Below, in pieces: positions 26,737 to 40,295 of a stretch of 64,000 nucleotides of DNA. The notes beneath the pieces are model-generated. The model did no database searches. It had not been told where the DNA came from and saw only the letters and a list, made by a program, of their open reading frames with translations. The stretch covers positions 13,178,948 through 13,242,947 of the forward strand of contig NC_092673.1 of the NCBI RefSeq assembly GCF_964355755.1. Reading direction: 5' to 3'. The DNA is from Antedon mediterranea (Eukaryota > Animalia > Echinodermata). Numbering within the stretch: position 1 is the stretch's first letter; the number at the start of each line of letters is the position of its first letter. The translations under genes were made by a program, and so were the position numbers.

Positions 26737-26865
26737 TCCCTACCCCAACCCCATCACAGGCGATAGTACAGATGTCAGTTTAATTTGTCAGTCTTTAAGA
26801 AAAGCGGCCGCACCCCTACCCCAACCCCATCACAGGCGATAGTACAGATGTCAGTTTAATTTGTC
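26737..26865. repeat. Tandem duplication of about 53 bp
   Basis: CCCTACCCCAACCCCATCACAGGCGATAGTACAGATGTCAGTTTAATTTGTC occurs twice. Confidence 0.85.
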
Positions 26866-27034
26866 TGAAATGTGTGGATCTTTGATGGTAGTCCACTACC
26901 ATCATTAAAGCAAAGTCAGCATATTTTGGCTATTAAACTCTGTGCCCCACTTAGGCGACATCGACTTATGGATGTTGGGTTTCCCATTTCGATACATTTT
27001 ATCATATATCGACCGCAGTCGACCATCTTCATTA

Positions 27035-27481
27035 ATCAGGATTTGATCATAGGAAATCGTTTGAAATGGGGCGAGAGGTGCATGTCCCAATTATAAACTG
27101 GAACAAAGGTGTTTCCCTTCTCATCTCAAACTAATTGAGGAACGTTTATACCAGATGTTGTTGAATTTGGATTTGTATAGGAAATACGCGTTGTACATAG
27201 CTATTTGCAATATATAAAAAAAAAAAATTTCTTCTTCCACTTGTAAATGGATAATATCCAATGCATCCACACACTGGTCCAAATTTTGACCTACAGGTAA
27301 GAAATATAGAGTTATACAGACCATTCATTACCTTCCAACATAAATATTGCAGAAAAATGTTGTTTTTGTTTTGTCCTGCGCAATTGTCTGCATGAAGGTG
27401 GGCATGATCTTCTCCTAGGCCATTGTTGTTTAAAAAAAATAATCTAAATAACTGATGACAACATTGGTCCCTTTTCCGCAA
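27035..27481 (-). mobile_element. Sola-type transposase fragment
   Basis: HLHADNCAGQNKNNIFLQYLCW and FVPVYNWDMHLSPHFKRF, separated by a piggyBac-derived piece. Confidence 0.65.
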
Positions 27482-28974
27482 CTAACTTTAATGGCCACCG
27501 AGTATGGTCGCAAGCAAATTTTTGCGTATTTTTCGCAAATGTCCCAAAAAATAGCGGAAAAATTGACTTTTTCAATGACTTGTATCTTTTTAAATACTGG
27601 TTCAATTTATTTCATTTTTTTTTTAAATAACAGAAGACATATGTACCTGTCAAGTACATGTATTAAGTATTATTCTATTAAGTATTATTCAATGATGATA
27701 TGTATTTTTAAAGGATGTGCTTGAATATCTACAAAAACTTAAAAATTTGTAAAATCGAGAATCATTGTATGCAGTCAAAGTAGTGTAGAAATTATCTAGA
27801 AAAGGTATATGATGTAATTTTTTTATAATTTATGTTGCTCTAACAAAATAGATAAACTAAGTAAAAAATACAATTTTTAAATCATTTGGTTAAAAATGTT
27901 TATTTTTCTTGAAATAAGTGTTTCACTATGATAAATGATATCTCTGTCTCCTACTATACTCAGGAGAATTCAATATCAAAGATTATTATTATTATTTATT
28001 ATTATTATTATTATAGTAGAGGCTATATATGGTTTGACCTTGAAAAAATTCTAATAAAAGGTCTTTTGGTGTTTTCTTGTAGCTTTAGGTGTCAATAATT
28101 ACCAAAAAATTTTTGCAGCCTTCTAGTTGCTGCGTTAGTGAGATATTGAGGGTCAAAGGTCAGTGACCTTTTTGTGGCATTTGATGGCTCATAACTCCTC
28201 AACTCCTGGGTTTAAAAAGACAAATGTGGTTTCTACATCTATGTTTTAGTGGTCAAACAACAAAATAAAGTTTTTGCAAATTTCGGGTTACTTGTGCCAT
28301 TGGTCAGATAGTCGGGTCAAAGGTCATTGACCTTTATTCATTAATAACTACTGCTAGTGTAGGACCTGAGTAAGATTTGTATGCATTCAATTTAGGAGAG
28401 AATATCTCAACTGTTATAGGATAATTTGACCCCAAGGAACAATATGGGATATTTGTCAAATTCGTTATCTGGGGCGAAAATGCCAAAATCGGGGTCAAGG
28501 GTTAGAAATGTGTGGTTCTTATATCTCGACAACCACTTGTCATACAGATTTGCTTTTGGTGTCAAATTGTTCAGAATATACATATTTATATTCGGTCTAA
28601 CACAACTTTTACCCAAAAAAATGGCCGGAAATGCTTTTACTGACCTTTGACCAAAAAACACATTTTCGGGTTAAATATTTAAAATGTCAATGGACACACT
28701 GTATGGTATCAAATGGAAGCATATACAATATGCTACCCATTGCTACCCAACTTGTATTTAATTATGTGATGTTATTTTTGGAAAATATGCATATTTTATT
28801 AAATTTAGACAAAAATGAGTATAAATTAATGTAAGTTTATTTTAGGTGAAATAATTCTAGCGTTGTAATGAAATATTTGGTATCAAAAAGAAAAGACTTA
28901 GTTGTAGTTTATTAAGTTCTTTATTTGGTAGACCAAACAAAATGGCATTGCAGTAGTCTAACCGTGATGTTATT

Positions 28975-29935
28975 AGTGCATGGACAAGTTTAATAAGCGA
29001 GGAGTGTGTTTGCGAATTGATCTTATGTTACGAAGGTGGTAGGTATCAGATTGACTAATGTTGTTGATATGTCTGGACATAATCGTTGCTGAGTCAAATA
29101 CAACTCCGATATATCTAACCTCCAACGATGATGTGATTGATGTTTCTAGCAATGGCCAATTTCTTGAAGTGTTTTGAATGAAGACATAAGATTTCTGTTT
29201 TACCAGGTTTAAAAAGAGCATGTTTTTAGTTAGCCAATCCTGAACATCAACAACACAAGCTTCGATAACCGATTTCGCTGGATTAAAGCTGATGTACAGT
29301 TGTGTATCATCTGCGTACACATGATATTGGACACAATGTCTCTTAATGATATCACTCATAGGCGAGATGTAAACTAAAAACAATACTGGACCCAGTAACT
29401 TGATCCTTGAGGAACACCGCATTTCAGGTCGATAGAGGTGGATTTGACATTACCAATCCGGACCTGCTGCTTCCTAGAAGACAAATATGACTTGAACCAA
29501 TTTAGAGCAGATCCACAGATACCAATAGACGAGAGTCTTGCAATAAGAATGGAATAGTCCATGGTATCAGAAGCTGCCGACAGGTCGAGGTACACAGAAA
29601 AAAGACAATTACCTTTATTCAGAGTTAAAATAATATCATTATGCACCTTGAGAATGGCTGACTCTGTACTGTGGTGCTTTCTATATTCTGATTGAAGAGG
29701 GTCGAACAGATTATTGTTGTCAAGAAAATGTATGAGATCTAAAGCAACGCATTTCTCAAGGATCAATTAGATAAAAAAGCGACATTAGAAATAGATCGAA
29801 AATTTGCCATGCAAGTATGATCCAGTGAAGGTTTCTTTAAAATAAATGTAACTAGACCCAACTTCAAATCATCAGGAAAGGTCGTACCAGTTGATAAAGA
29901 TAAATTAATAATAATTCTAAATACTGAAGTCAATT
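28975..29935 (-). mobile_element. L2-clade LINE RT fragment in the foldback spacer
   Basis: QSEYRKHHSTESA, YLDLSAASDT, GVPQGS, YHVYADDTQLY and IGVVFDS, with frameshifts. Confidence 0.9.
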
Positions 29936-30094
29936 ATGCACATTTTCCATAAAGTTATATTTCTAATTAAAAATTTCAATACAAGTTGGGTAGCAATGGG
30001 TAGCATATTGTATATGCTTCCATTTTATACCATACAGTGTGTCCATTGACATTTTAAAGAATAATTTAACCAGAAAATGTGTTTTTTGGGTCAT

Positions 30095-31741
30095 TTTTTT
30101 CGGTCAACCAGCATCGGCCAACAGCTTAAGATCAACTTCTTCTAGCATGGAAAACTCACTTCCACAAACTACTATCGGTGGAGACTTCAGTGGTAGATGA
30201 CATGGATATCGTCAAAATCTTCAACTTAACCACCAGATAAGCTCCGAGAGGTTCTCCGAGGCCGAGGTGTCAATTGCCTGCAAACAGATGAAATCTGGCA
30301 AAGCACCTGGTCTTGACGGTCTTCCCATCAAAATATGGAAATTACCTGGCACCCAGAAAGCTCTCACTTCTTTCTGCAATCAAATTCTTGATGGAAACAG
30401 GCCATCAGAATGGGGAATTTCGTTCATATCCCGAAAAAAGGTGATCTTTCAAAACCAGATAACTACAGTGGGTATTTCATTATCAAAATTGGCTGCAAAG
30501 ATCTACAATCGCCTGATTTTAAATAGGATACGTCCTGTGATTAATGAAGTTTTACGCCCCAACCAGAATGGCTTTCGTCAGGCACGATCAACAACTACGC
30601 ACATTCTTGCACTGAGGAGAATTGTTGAAGAGGTTAAGAACCATCACAAAGAGGCAGTCATTATCTTTATTGACTTTCGCAAAGCCTTCAATTCCATCAA
30701 TCGCAACATCATGATGAAGATCCTCTTAGCATACGGCATCCCTCATAAAATTGTAGAAGCCATCAGAGTAATGTATATCAATACATCAGCAGTTGTCCTG
30801 ACTCCAGATGGTGAGACTGATTGCTTCAACATCGACTCTGGCGTAGTTCAAGGAGACCCTCTTGCTCCATTCTTGTTTATTGTCTGCCTTGACTTTGTAG
30901 TGCGATCAGCAACTACATCATCAGACGGTCTCACCCTCCGCCGTAGTAGAAGACATCCAGCTGAAGTACTACCAGACCTGGACTTTGCCGATGACATCGC
31001 CATTCTTGAAGATTCCATACATGCTGCCGAAAATCTACTGCACAGAATTCAACAAGCCACACAAGCTATAGGTTTATACTTAAACATCAAGAAGACCCAA
31101 TTCATACATTTAAACCCCTCATCACCTTCTATAACTCTCGCACTGGATGGATCAGCAATAGAACAAGTAGAGGATTTCAGCTACCTCGGAAGCTACTGTT
31201 CATCCACTAACCATGATTTCGAAGCAAGACTTGGTCAAGCATGGGGTGCGCTGAACAGTCTTTCAAAAATATGGGCATCTTGTATCAACAAGTCCACAAA
31301 AATCCGCCTCTTTAAGTCAACAGTTGAAGCCATTCTTCTTTACGGCTGTGAGACATGGAGTCTTACTTCATCGCTCTCAAAATCATTGGATGGAGCATAC
31401 ACCCGCATGCTGAGGAAAGTCCAAAACATCCCATGGTCCTCACACGCCACCAACAAGACACTATATGCCAACCTTCCCCGTCTTACGACCATCATTCAAA
31501 GACGTCGCATGGGCCTTGCCGGTCATGTTATGAGAAGCTCTGAGCCTGCCTCAAGAGTTCTCCTTTGGGAACCAGAAGAGAAAAGGAAAGTGGGAAGACC
31601 TCAACTGACTTCGCTCGACATTCTGTTGAAAGATACCAAACTAGACCTGAGTGAACTGAGAAAGAGCATGCTTGATAGAGATGTGTGGAGACAAATTATC
31701 ATGGCACCCACTTAATAGTGGGATGACATTAAGTAAGTAAG
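30095..31741 (+). mobile_element. 5'-truncated RTE-clade LINE
   Basis: 482-aa open RT (30267..31715) with KAPGLDG, QNGFR, FIDFRKAFNSI, VQGDPLAPFLF, DFADD and LLYGCETW. (TAAG)n tail at about 31729-31741 and approximate TTTGGTCA target duplication. Confidence 0.92.
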
Positions 31742-32598
31742 TTTGGTCAAAGGTCAGTAAAAGCATTTCCGGTCATTTTTTGGGGTAAACGTTGTGTTAG
31801 ACTGAATATAAATATGTATTTTCTGAACAATTTGACACCAAAAGCAAATCTGTATTATTTGGTTGTCGAGATATAAGAACCACACATTTCTAACCTTTGA
31901 CCCCGATTTTGGGCATGTTCGCCCCCGATAACGAATTTGGCACATATCGCATGTCGTTCCTTGGGGTCTAATTATCCTATAACAGTTGAGATATTCTCTC
32001 CTAAATTGAATGCATACAAATCTTACCCAGGTCCTAAACTAGTAGTAGTTATTAATGAATAAAGGTCAATGACCTTTGACCCGACTATCTGACCAATGGC
32101 ACAAGTAACCCGAAATTTGCAAAAACTTTATTTTGTTGTTTGACCACTAAAACATAGATTTAGACACCACAGTTGTCTTTTTAAACCCAGGAATTGAGGA
32201 GTTATGAGCCATCAAATGCCACAAAAAGGTCACTGACCTTTGACCCTCAATATCTCACTAACGCAGCAACTAGAAGGCTGCAAAATTTTTTTGGTATTTA
32301 TTCACACCTAAAGCTACAAGAAAATACCAAAAGACCTTTTATTAGAATTTTTTCAAGGTTACATAGGATAAATGTCACATATAGCCTGTACTATTATTCA
32401 TTATATTAAGTACAATACTACAATACAAGATAATTATTATAATCATTATTACTATTATTTTATCACATTAATATTGGAAAATATAGACAAACTGGAAGAA
32501 AGCTTTACTTTCGCTTTTGGTAGTTGTAGTGAACTAGCATTATTCACTCTGCATCTAAATCCTATGAACAAGACTGGTTCTTAAAAAAAAAGAGGGAA

Positions 32599-35500
32599 TT
32601 AAAACTCAGAATCAAAATGTTCATTACTGCCAAAATAAATAAAATAATTCTTATAAGCTGGTTCAATGGATAGATAATCTTTTAAATGATAAGTTCTGCC
32701 ATTAGTTGTTAACACTTCAAGGTTAGATTTAAAAACAAAACGTGAATTTATTGAATCAATATCGTCGGATTGAGGCCACTTTAAAATCCCCCCCTTTCCC
32801 CGTGTCATAAATTGTACAGTGGCTTCTTCAGAAATTATATTAATAACGGAACCAACAAACCAGTCTTGTTCATAAGCTACAGCGACAAACTCACCATGAG
32901 AAGTAAAGGTAAAGGGTTTAAGTTTTTTAGCAGGTGGTTCAGAGGAAATAAAGGAAGATGAAGTAGCAGATGGTGATGTAACAAAAGGTGAATTAGAAGA
33001 AGATGATGGTTTGTCGCTTTCTAAAAAAGTTGCAAGAGTCCGCTTTAACCCAGAACAGCTACCAATAACGGTTTTCAAGATTTCTTCCAGTTCACACGCC
33101 AATTTATTTGAAAATGTGATTTCTTTTACACCTAATGTTTTTAAGTATCTCAATCCATCTTTTAGAATAGCACATTTTCTGTTTTTCCCTTTCCCTTTAA
33201 TACCCGTTTAATGTCATCAATGGTGCAGCATGGTCCCCCATGTTCCCCTATCCTTTCCCACAAAGCCTTTTCCGTTTGTTGTTTTTTTAAGTCTTTCTGA
33301 ATCTTGGTTTTATTTGCCTCCTCTAGTTTTGCTTTTACTCTAGTTAGAACTTCACACTCTCTAATCTTCTGTCTTTCCTTTACACTTTCTACTTTTTGAC
33401 GTGCGAACTCAAGTAATTTTTCTTGATCACCTTTGGATTTTTTAACTAACCATTGTGATATTGTTTTGTTTCTTTTGATCATTTGAATGCTTGAATGATA
33501 ATAAATGGAAGCATTTCTGCGTTTAAACAAACTAAAATATAAATCACCAAACTCAAACTCGCTCACAAGATTAGTTAATTGAGCACCCATCTTCTCACGC
33601 AATTCTTCACTCGGTTCCTCACTAAAACTCCCTCCCTCAACAAAATCATTCAACTGTCTCTCTGTCACCTCAACAAACCCTTTCATTAACTCTCGCAAAA
33701 CATTTTCTGTCATTTCATCAGTCCCTTCACTTTCTCTCAATTTCATCCAAACTTCATTTTCTTCATTCAACTTAAAATCATAAAAAATTGAAACTGGTGT
33801 ACTTAATAATAAATTGCTGTCTTCAGACCATAACTTAAATGAATTTAACATAGCTTGAACATATTTAAAGAAATCAACATATTGTGTATCACTACGTAAA
33901 AGTAACCAAAATGGACCAGTAACTGAAAAATAAATTAATCCTAATGCCCTAATTAATGACATAATTTCACAACTTAAACAATCATGCAAAACATTTTCTA
34001 CTTTTAAATTCAAATTATCTTTAAAATTAGTAATAAAATCAATGATATCATGATGATGAAAATAAATAGTACCAGCACCTTCAAAAAAATTATTAAATCG
34101 ATTCATTCTAAATGAAGAAACTAAAGATTTAATACCCTTTTTAAAACAATAACCCTCCCACTCTTGTCTTATCCCATTCTTTTGATCCCCATGTGGCCCT
34201 AAAATATCACAACCCATCCTAATCAATCTTGAAGTAGCAGATTCCCCCGCAGATTGAAACCTGGCAAACTTCCCCAAACAATCCCTACCCAACCTTGTAC
34301 CTAATTGTTTAATTAAAGAACATTCAAAGTTTTTAAAAATAAAATCTGACTTGTTGGACAAACCTAACAAAAAATGTGCATTACAAAACAAGTACTTCAA
34401 ATCATCAACACTATCACCACACACATCATTCCTATATTCACTCAATAACTTAGTAAATTTCTTATTCACACTCGCTCTGTCATTCATCGTCGCTCTCAAC
34501 TTGCTCAGCATCTCTCTCTAATAGAGTAGCAGAATCATCACTGGCAATTGACGAGAACCCACCTGATAATATTTGTCCATTGTTAAAATTTACTTGTTTT
34601 CCCCAGAATTTTTTCCCTCCCCTTGAAGTCCCATCCCCATGTAGGTCCCAACTCTCACATTCCTTCATGCTCTCCTTCAATTGCAATTCACACAAAACAT
34701 AAGCTCGATCAATAATATTATTTGCTGTTGAAGCACAAGGTACATTTTTCAAATTAACATCAAATAAATCAGTTGCCACTCCTGCCATCACCTGCCCTAC
34801 TTTCTGTGTCCCCACCCCTTGCTCACCACACAATCTTATCACACTAATATCAACACAATCTTTATATCTTTTACCCTCCTTCATTTCCTTTTCACTTCCA
34901 TCATCTACTCTCTCCTGTAAAACATCTAATTCTTTCATCAAAAAATCCTCATGTCTTTGTAACTTAATTACCTGGTCACTTGATTTTTTTTTGGATATTT
35001 TTAAATTATAGTTTCTAATTTTTAGCGTTTTTATCTGCTGTTTCCATTTACCAATATTTGTAACAACTTTTTTTTGTTTTTTAACTATTTTTTTTTCTAA
35101 TATTACAAGATTTCTTTTTTTCCTATCTAATATTTTCCCAGCTTTTCTACTTCTGAATCCTTTTAACTCTTTCTTCCTTTCTTCCAACTGATTTATATTA
35201 ACCTTTCTTTCTTCTTCAAGTTTTTTCTTTTCAATTGTTAGTATGTCCACCTTGCTCGCTATCTCCTCACATTTCCTTTCCTTTTCTTGGTATAACCCTT
35301 TCACAACTCCTAACTTCTCTCTCATCTTTTCCATCTCTTGTGTCATGTTAACTAATTTTTCTTTTAGTCTATATGCCTCATCCTTTGAATCATCATCACT
35401 GGTGCTGCAACTTGCCACATTTTCAGTCTGCTCTTCTTCTCTGTGTATTTCTTCTTCTAAAAACTCTCTGCCACCCTGGCTCCACCTCCTGTCTTTATTC

Positions 35501-35745
35501 AGTCTTGCATATACTTTTTTTGTGTGTTTAGCTTCTTTTTCGATAAATTTCGCTGTGAACTCCCCTGGCCATAGCATGTTTACTCGTGTAAACAGGTCAT
35601 TTCCTGTATAGACCAGGAAGAGTTCACGTAAAATTCCTCTATTCAATGAAGGCAATGGTGCTTCCGGTGGCTGATTGAAAGTTGACCGGTTGATGCCTAA
35701 GGCATTGCATCTATCACGTTTTACAAACAAACAATAGGAAACCAT
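32599..35745 (-). pseudogene. Nearly complete, frameshifted hAT-like DDE transposase (about 1050 aa) with N-terminal coiled coil and C-terminal Tudor/SH3-like domain
   Basis: Three abutting ORFs containing LHGDGTS, TMNDRA, FCNAH, NRFN and TNLVSEFEFG. Tail reads GEFVAVAYEQDWFVGSV...VQFM...LKWP..DD. Confidence 0.75.
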
Positions 35746-37286
35746 CAGGTCTAGACATTTTTGTATAATTTTTAATAAAATTTTGTTTAACTCAATTTAA
35801 AGGATTTAATCATCACTTAAAATAGTCCATAATATAATTGTGTTATTTTGTTATAGCCAAATTGAAAAAAAAGCAAGCGAATGTTGATTAATTCTAATCA
35901 AATTAAACTAAAAAATATCACATGAAAGTGAAATTGTTTAGTTTAATTGTTAAAGAAATAAACATTGCTGTATTATTGTTTGTTTGCAACCAGGTTAAAT
36001 ATATATTTTGAAATATACTGAACACAGAACAAAATAAAACTACCTAACCTAACATACCCAAAAAATAAATAATAATTTCTTCTGTCCAATGTTGCCAAAG
36101 GCAAATTAATGACAGCATGGTTGATGAGTCCTCGCCATTTATTCTCATAAACAGGCTCCAACCGATCAGGAGCCAACGTACATCTGCCCAAAATGTGACA
36201 AATCATGCCGCTCAAAAATTGGACTTTTTAGTCACAGCAGGCGCTGTGACCCTGCACCGAATGACGGATAGAGGGCGCATACCTATTGTCTCTCGAGACA
36301 GACGGCTGCCAACAATCTATCATTTATTATTTATCAACTAAAGCAATCCGTAAAACCAACCTTCTCCCAGGAATATCCTCCGTCTTCTTTCACTAAAAAA
36401 ATGCTTATTAAATATTGATTGGTTACCCTCCCTCCCTTAATTTTGGCTGGCCTTCCCTTTCCTTTCTTCATATCTTCTGATAATAATTTGAAATCTTCGC
36501 TACTTGTTGTATAAAACAATAATTATTGTGATTAGTAATGTGTTATACATTCTATCATTCAATTAAATTACAGAATTTTATATTTAATAATCGTCAAACC
36601 ATCAACAATATGGGGATCCCTAGCTAAGGTCCTGGCTAGGCCTAAATCGCCGAGCAGATTACGACCACCCGATAATACCTAACTAACAATACGGGACAAG
36701 AAGCGAAGAACAAGGCGACACAGCAACGCAGGCTGTAGGCCTAGGTTTCGAGTCTATTAAAGAGATTGCTAGTCTCTTGGTTTAGTTACTTAACTACTAT
36801 AAAAGACTACAACGTAAAGTACTCACCATTATAATATAGTCTTTGACTGTATGATAATACAAGTGAGTAATAATAGTTTACGTCTAGGTTCCGTCGCTGA
36901 CTTATCCAAGTGCCCTCAACGTAGTAGACGTTCCAAGGTATACGCACAGCGGATCGCTTCCAGGTGTTTAGAACGACGCGCTCCACTTAAGCATTTGTAG
37001 CGGCACTACATTCCTCCTTGTTTTATTTTTTTGTCTTCCCTCTTGTTCTTCTACACACGTTGCTCTTACTTTCCTTTCTTCCACTTCATTTTTCTTTTTT
37101 TTTTTTTTTTTAAACACAACAATAACACAACATACATAACATAGAATTCCAGAAAAAGAACTACCAAGAACCTGATAAGAATTAAAAAAAAAAAAAAAAA
37201 TGAACTAATTGGAATTAATTTTAAAATAACTTTTAAATAAATTTTCATTAATTTGGTCTTGGATTTTTTTATTTTTTTTTTTTTAC

Positions 37287-38538
37287 TTATTCATAGGCAA
37301 ACTGGGCGTGGAAGTGGAGGTTTTCTAAGAATCCCTCCAACATCCTAACCGCCGCTGCCCTCAGCTGGCCACTTCCCGGCTGAGCCAAACGCTCCACCAC
37401 CTCCCGATTGGCATTGAATGCCGACCGCAGAGCAACTCTGTCGGCCCTCCTTAACTGATATAACAGAGTCGTGGGTGTATGGATGTTGTTTTCCGACGTT
37501 TGGCTGCTGCCACTTTGCTTGACGTGGTGATGGTCCGGTGTGTTGACGTAGTGGTCCAGTTGGTTTCGGAAATCGACGGCGTCTGGGCTCCGCCGAGGTA
37601 GGCCTACTATACCTCTGGCACAACTCCACAAATGCCCTCTTATTATCCCTAGTGGCTCTTGCCACCAGGAAGAGGAGACACCGAGTGTGAAGCACACCCA
37701 GCGGTGACACTAACGACGATAGAGTGTTCGACTCGGGCATCTCAAGCCCCGCCGCCTCGCCCATCGACTCCATCATCCTTCTTAGTGATTTTGTGAAGAA
37801 GAATCCAGGTTGGATTCTCCTCTCGGCGTTGAAAAGTGCCACCGCCTTGGTAACACTCTCGCCGCACTCTGGAACGAGTTTCACTAACTCCTGGATGAAA
37901 CTCCAGCGCCGAGATGAGGTGGTCGATGATACCTCCGGCGATGTTTCCGTCATGAATGGCGGTATGTGGTGCGCCAGGTGTTGTTTTGGGTTTTCGGGCA
38001 CCCGGCCACATCCTGCCACTGGACACAGGAATGCCCGACATGACCGCTTACCCGATTCCCTCTGACCGCCTTCAGGATGAGGTCTTTTGTTGTCTTTTGA
38101 CCGTTTGTCGGCTTTTTCCTGAGGTTTTACCTTTGGTACCGCCCCAGCACTAATCGGAGCAGCACTGGTCGCCGTACCACTGAGACGGATGTCTTGATAC
38201 TCAAAGTCCGACTCCTTAGTCCCTGGAGTTCGCCATACCTTCACGGCTGGCGCGGCGGGAAGCAACCCTTCACAGAGAATGGAGGGGGACTTTGGCCTCT
38301 CCGGCGATTCCGCCAAGACCTCTGGCGTCTCTCTGCCCTCTACTACTGGCGGATCTAGGTCCCCGACCTCCATCGCCACATCATCTTCTCCTTCCAATCC
38401 AGTAGGTGAGGGTGGAGACTTCCGTGTCGCAGTTGGTTTGCCCAACGGCGGGAAGTCTTCCACCTGAAGCAGGAACAATTCCTCCTCCACCGTTACTTGA
38501 TCGGAAGTGCAGTTATCCGTCTGTAAAATAAGAGGCAA
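37287..38538 (-). CDS. Accessory 3' ORF of the LTR element, function unknown (C2H2-like motif)
   Basis: 397-aa GC-rich frame with CPVAGC-x8-HLAHH. Probable frameshift into the 37287..37697 frame. No ATG start evident. Confidence 0.5.
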
Positions 38539-38668
38539 AACACAAGTTTAGTACAAGATAGTATTTCTACCCCTCGATTACAAATTGTTGGAACGGAAAC
38601 TCTGGCGCCTGTAACAAATAGTGATCATCGTTTCCGCCAGAGGAGTTCCAACATCTCTTCAGAGCTAG

Positions 38669-39406
38669 TTACCGAGTTATTTGTGATGTAACTGCCATGA
38701 AGAATGTACCACGTAAGTAGTACATGGCTGCTTTTCTCTTCTTACCTAAGTGAAAAGCCTCCTTCTTCTCCGCCATGTTCCATCCACTAATTCGGGCATA
38801 CCCCTCAAATCTATTCCAGAAAATGTACCAGTCATTTTGACCGAAAAATTCCAGGTTTTTCTGAGGGCGGAAAGGTAGTCCTTCCTGACGCTCACCTCGC
38901 CATTCTTCATTATGACCGTATCGACCACGCGAGTGGTCCCTATCCACATAATGAACCCGGCGTGGCTCACGCCCAAAACTTTCGCCTTTGCTCCCTCTTT
39001 GGACGCAATCGTTCGTATTGTCCTCATTGTCGGGGTAGTAACACCCACGATCTCGATCATTATAATCAAAACCTCGACAATCAGTCCGAACTTGACCGAC
39101 ATCGTCCGAGTAGCGTTTATAGCGATCACCGTCGATGTACCCCCGTGGCGACATTCCCATTCTACGACCCCGATTAGGATACCGTCGTTCGGACTCTCGA
39201 TCTCTTGCGTCCCCTTGACGATCTATTGATCGCCAAGGAACTCGACCACGTTCCATAGGCACAAACCTATTGGACTCGCCGCCAGCTCGTTCATCGAAAC
39301 GCATGCCATCGTCTAGATAATGAGAGTCGCGATTACGAACATCCTCGTTAGGAGTACCATAGTTAGAATAGGAATTAAACCGCTTATCTGTGGTTACGTT
39401 TGACAC
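38669..39406 (-). pseudogene. Gag N-terminal fragment
   Basis: R/D/G-rich region followed by FFGQNDWYIFWNRFEGYARISGW...K...AAMYY, downstream of the PBS. Confidence 0.7.
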
Positions 39407-40099
39407 AGAATTAACGTTAGGAATAACTGCTCCACCTCCCCGTTAAAACTAATCGACGCATTCTTTGAAGTCACCTGATTATTAGGATTAACCTCAAGAT
39501 CAGACCCTTCAAAGACCTCGTCAGTACTATCCTTTTATGATTTTCGCCGATGTCGGCGCATTACTCTTTTTAACAGAGCCGGTGCTTTCTTCGTTATAAG
39601 CAAACACCGAATTAAGCGCGTAGCTGATGCCATATAGCTATCTAGATCCGCAACTAATGTTACGTCTCCCGATCGCGTGCAACAACTCGTTCCGACCTCT
39701 AATCATTTCCCTCAGTCTTCTTACATTGAGCGAACTAGTTTACCATAAAACTCGCCCTTCTTCTAGTATACTTGTTCAGAATTACCGAGTCATACTGTGA
39801 CTGAACTAAATTTACCGTTGGAATCTTTCGATTGAATTGAATTAGTCACCAATGAATATAGTAGACACATTTAGAAAGAACATACAGAACAATATCACAA
39901 TAAGCTAATAATAAATTCTTTATAATCTCAAATAAATGTCCACTTCACTGATTCCTAAAACAACTACAACCCAACAGTAAATAACTGCGTAATAATAGAA
40001 TTCTGAGCATTCGCCAGAGCATACCGGCGTGCGTATAACTAAAACTCACATCCACATCCTAAAAATAGTATTCTAAAAATAGGATGTTTCCGTAAAGTA

Positions 40100-40295
40100 A
40101 ATAGCCAATCAGAAACTATTAGTACATAGAATTCTTTCATTGCTCAACCAATCAGAGTACGCACGTAACTGCGTCATCATCGCTTGCATTTTCATTCCCT
40201 GGATAATGCACAGCTCGCACTGCACGACCCTCTCAGGTAGCGAGTATGCAAATGCAATGATCTGATTGGTTGCTGTAGCCTAGCCAATCGTATGA
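40100..40295. promoter_or_regulatory. CCAAT-box and octamer cluster within the putative 5' LTR
   Basis: AGCCAATCAG, AACCAATCAG, CTGATTGG, AGCCAATCG, ATGCAAAT (40246-40253) and TGCGTCA within 200 bp. Confidence 0.45.

Larger units (their letters stand above)
28014..32392. repeat. Long inverted repeat (foldback), arms about 730 bp
   Basis: The left arm (about 28037-28755) is the reverse complement of about 29980-30092 joined to 31742-32358. The right arm is split by the RTE LINE. Confidence 0.85.

Noticed and set aside
30267-31715. Intact or domesticated reverse transcriptase gene
   Set aside because: It is 5'-truncated, with no endonuclease or true start, and an apparently frame-shifted patch where KKGDL...NYRGISL is expected. 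It is an ordinary RTE copy.
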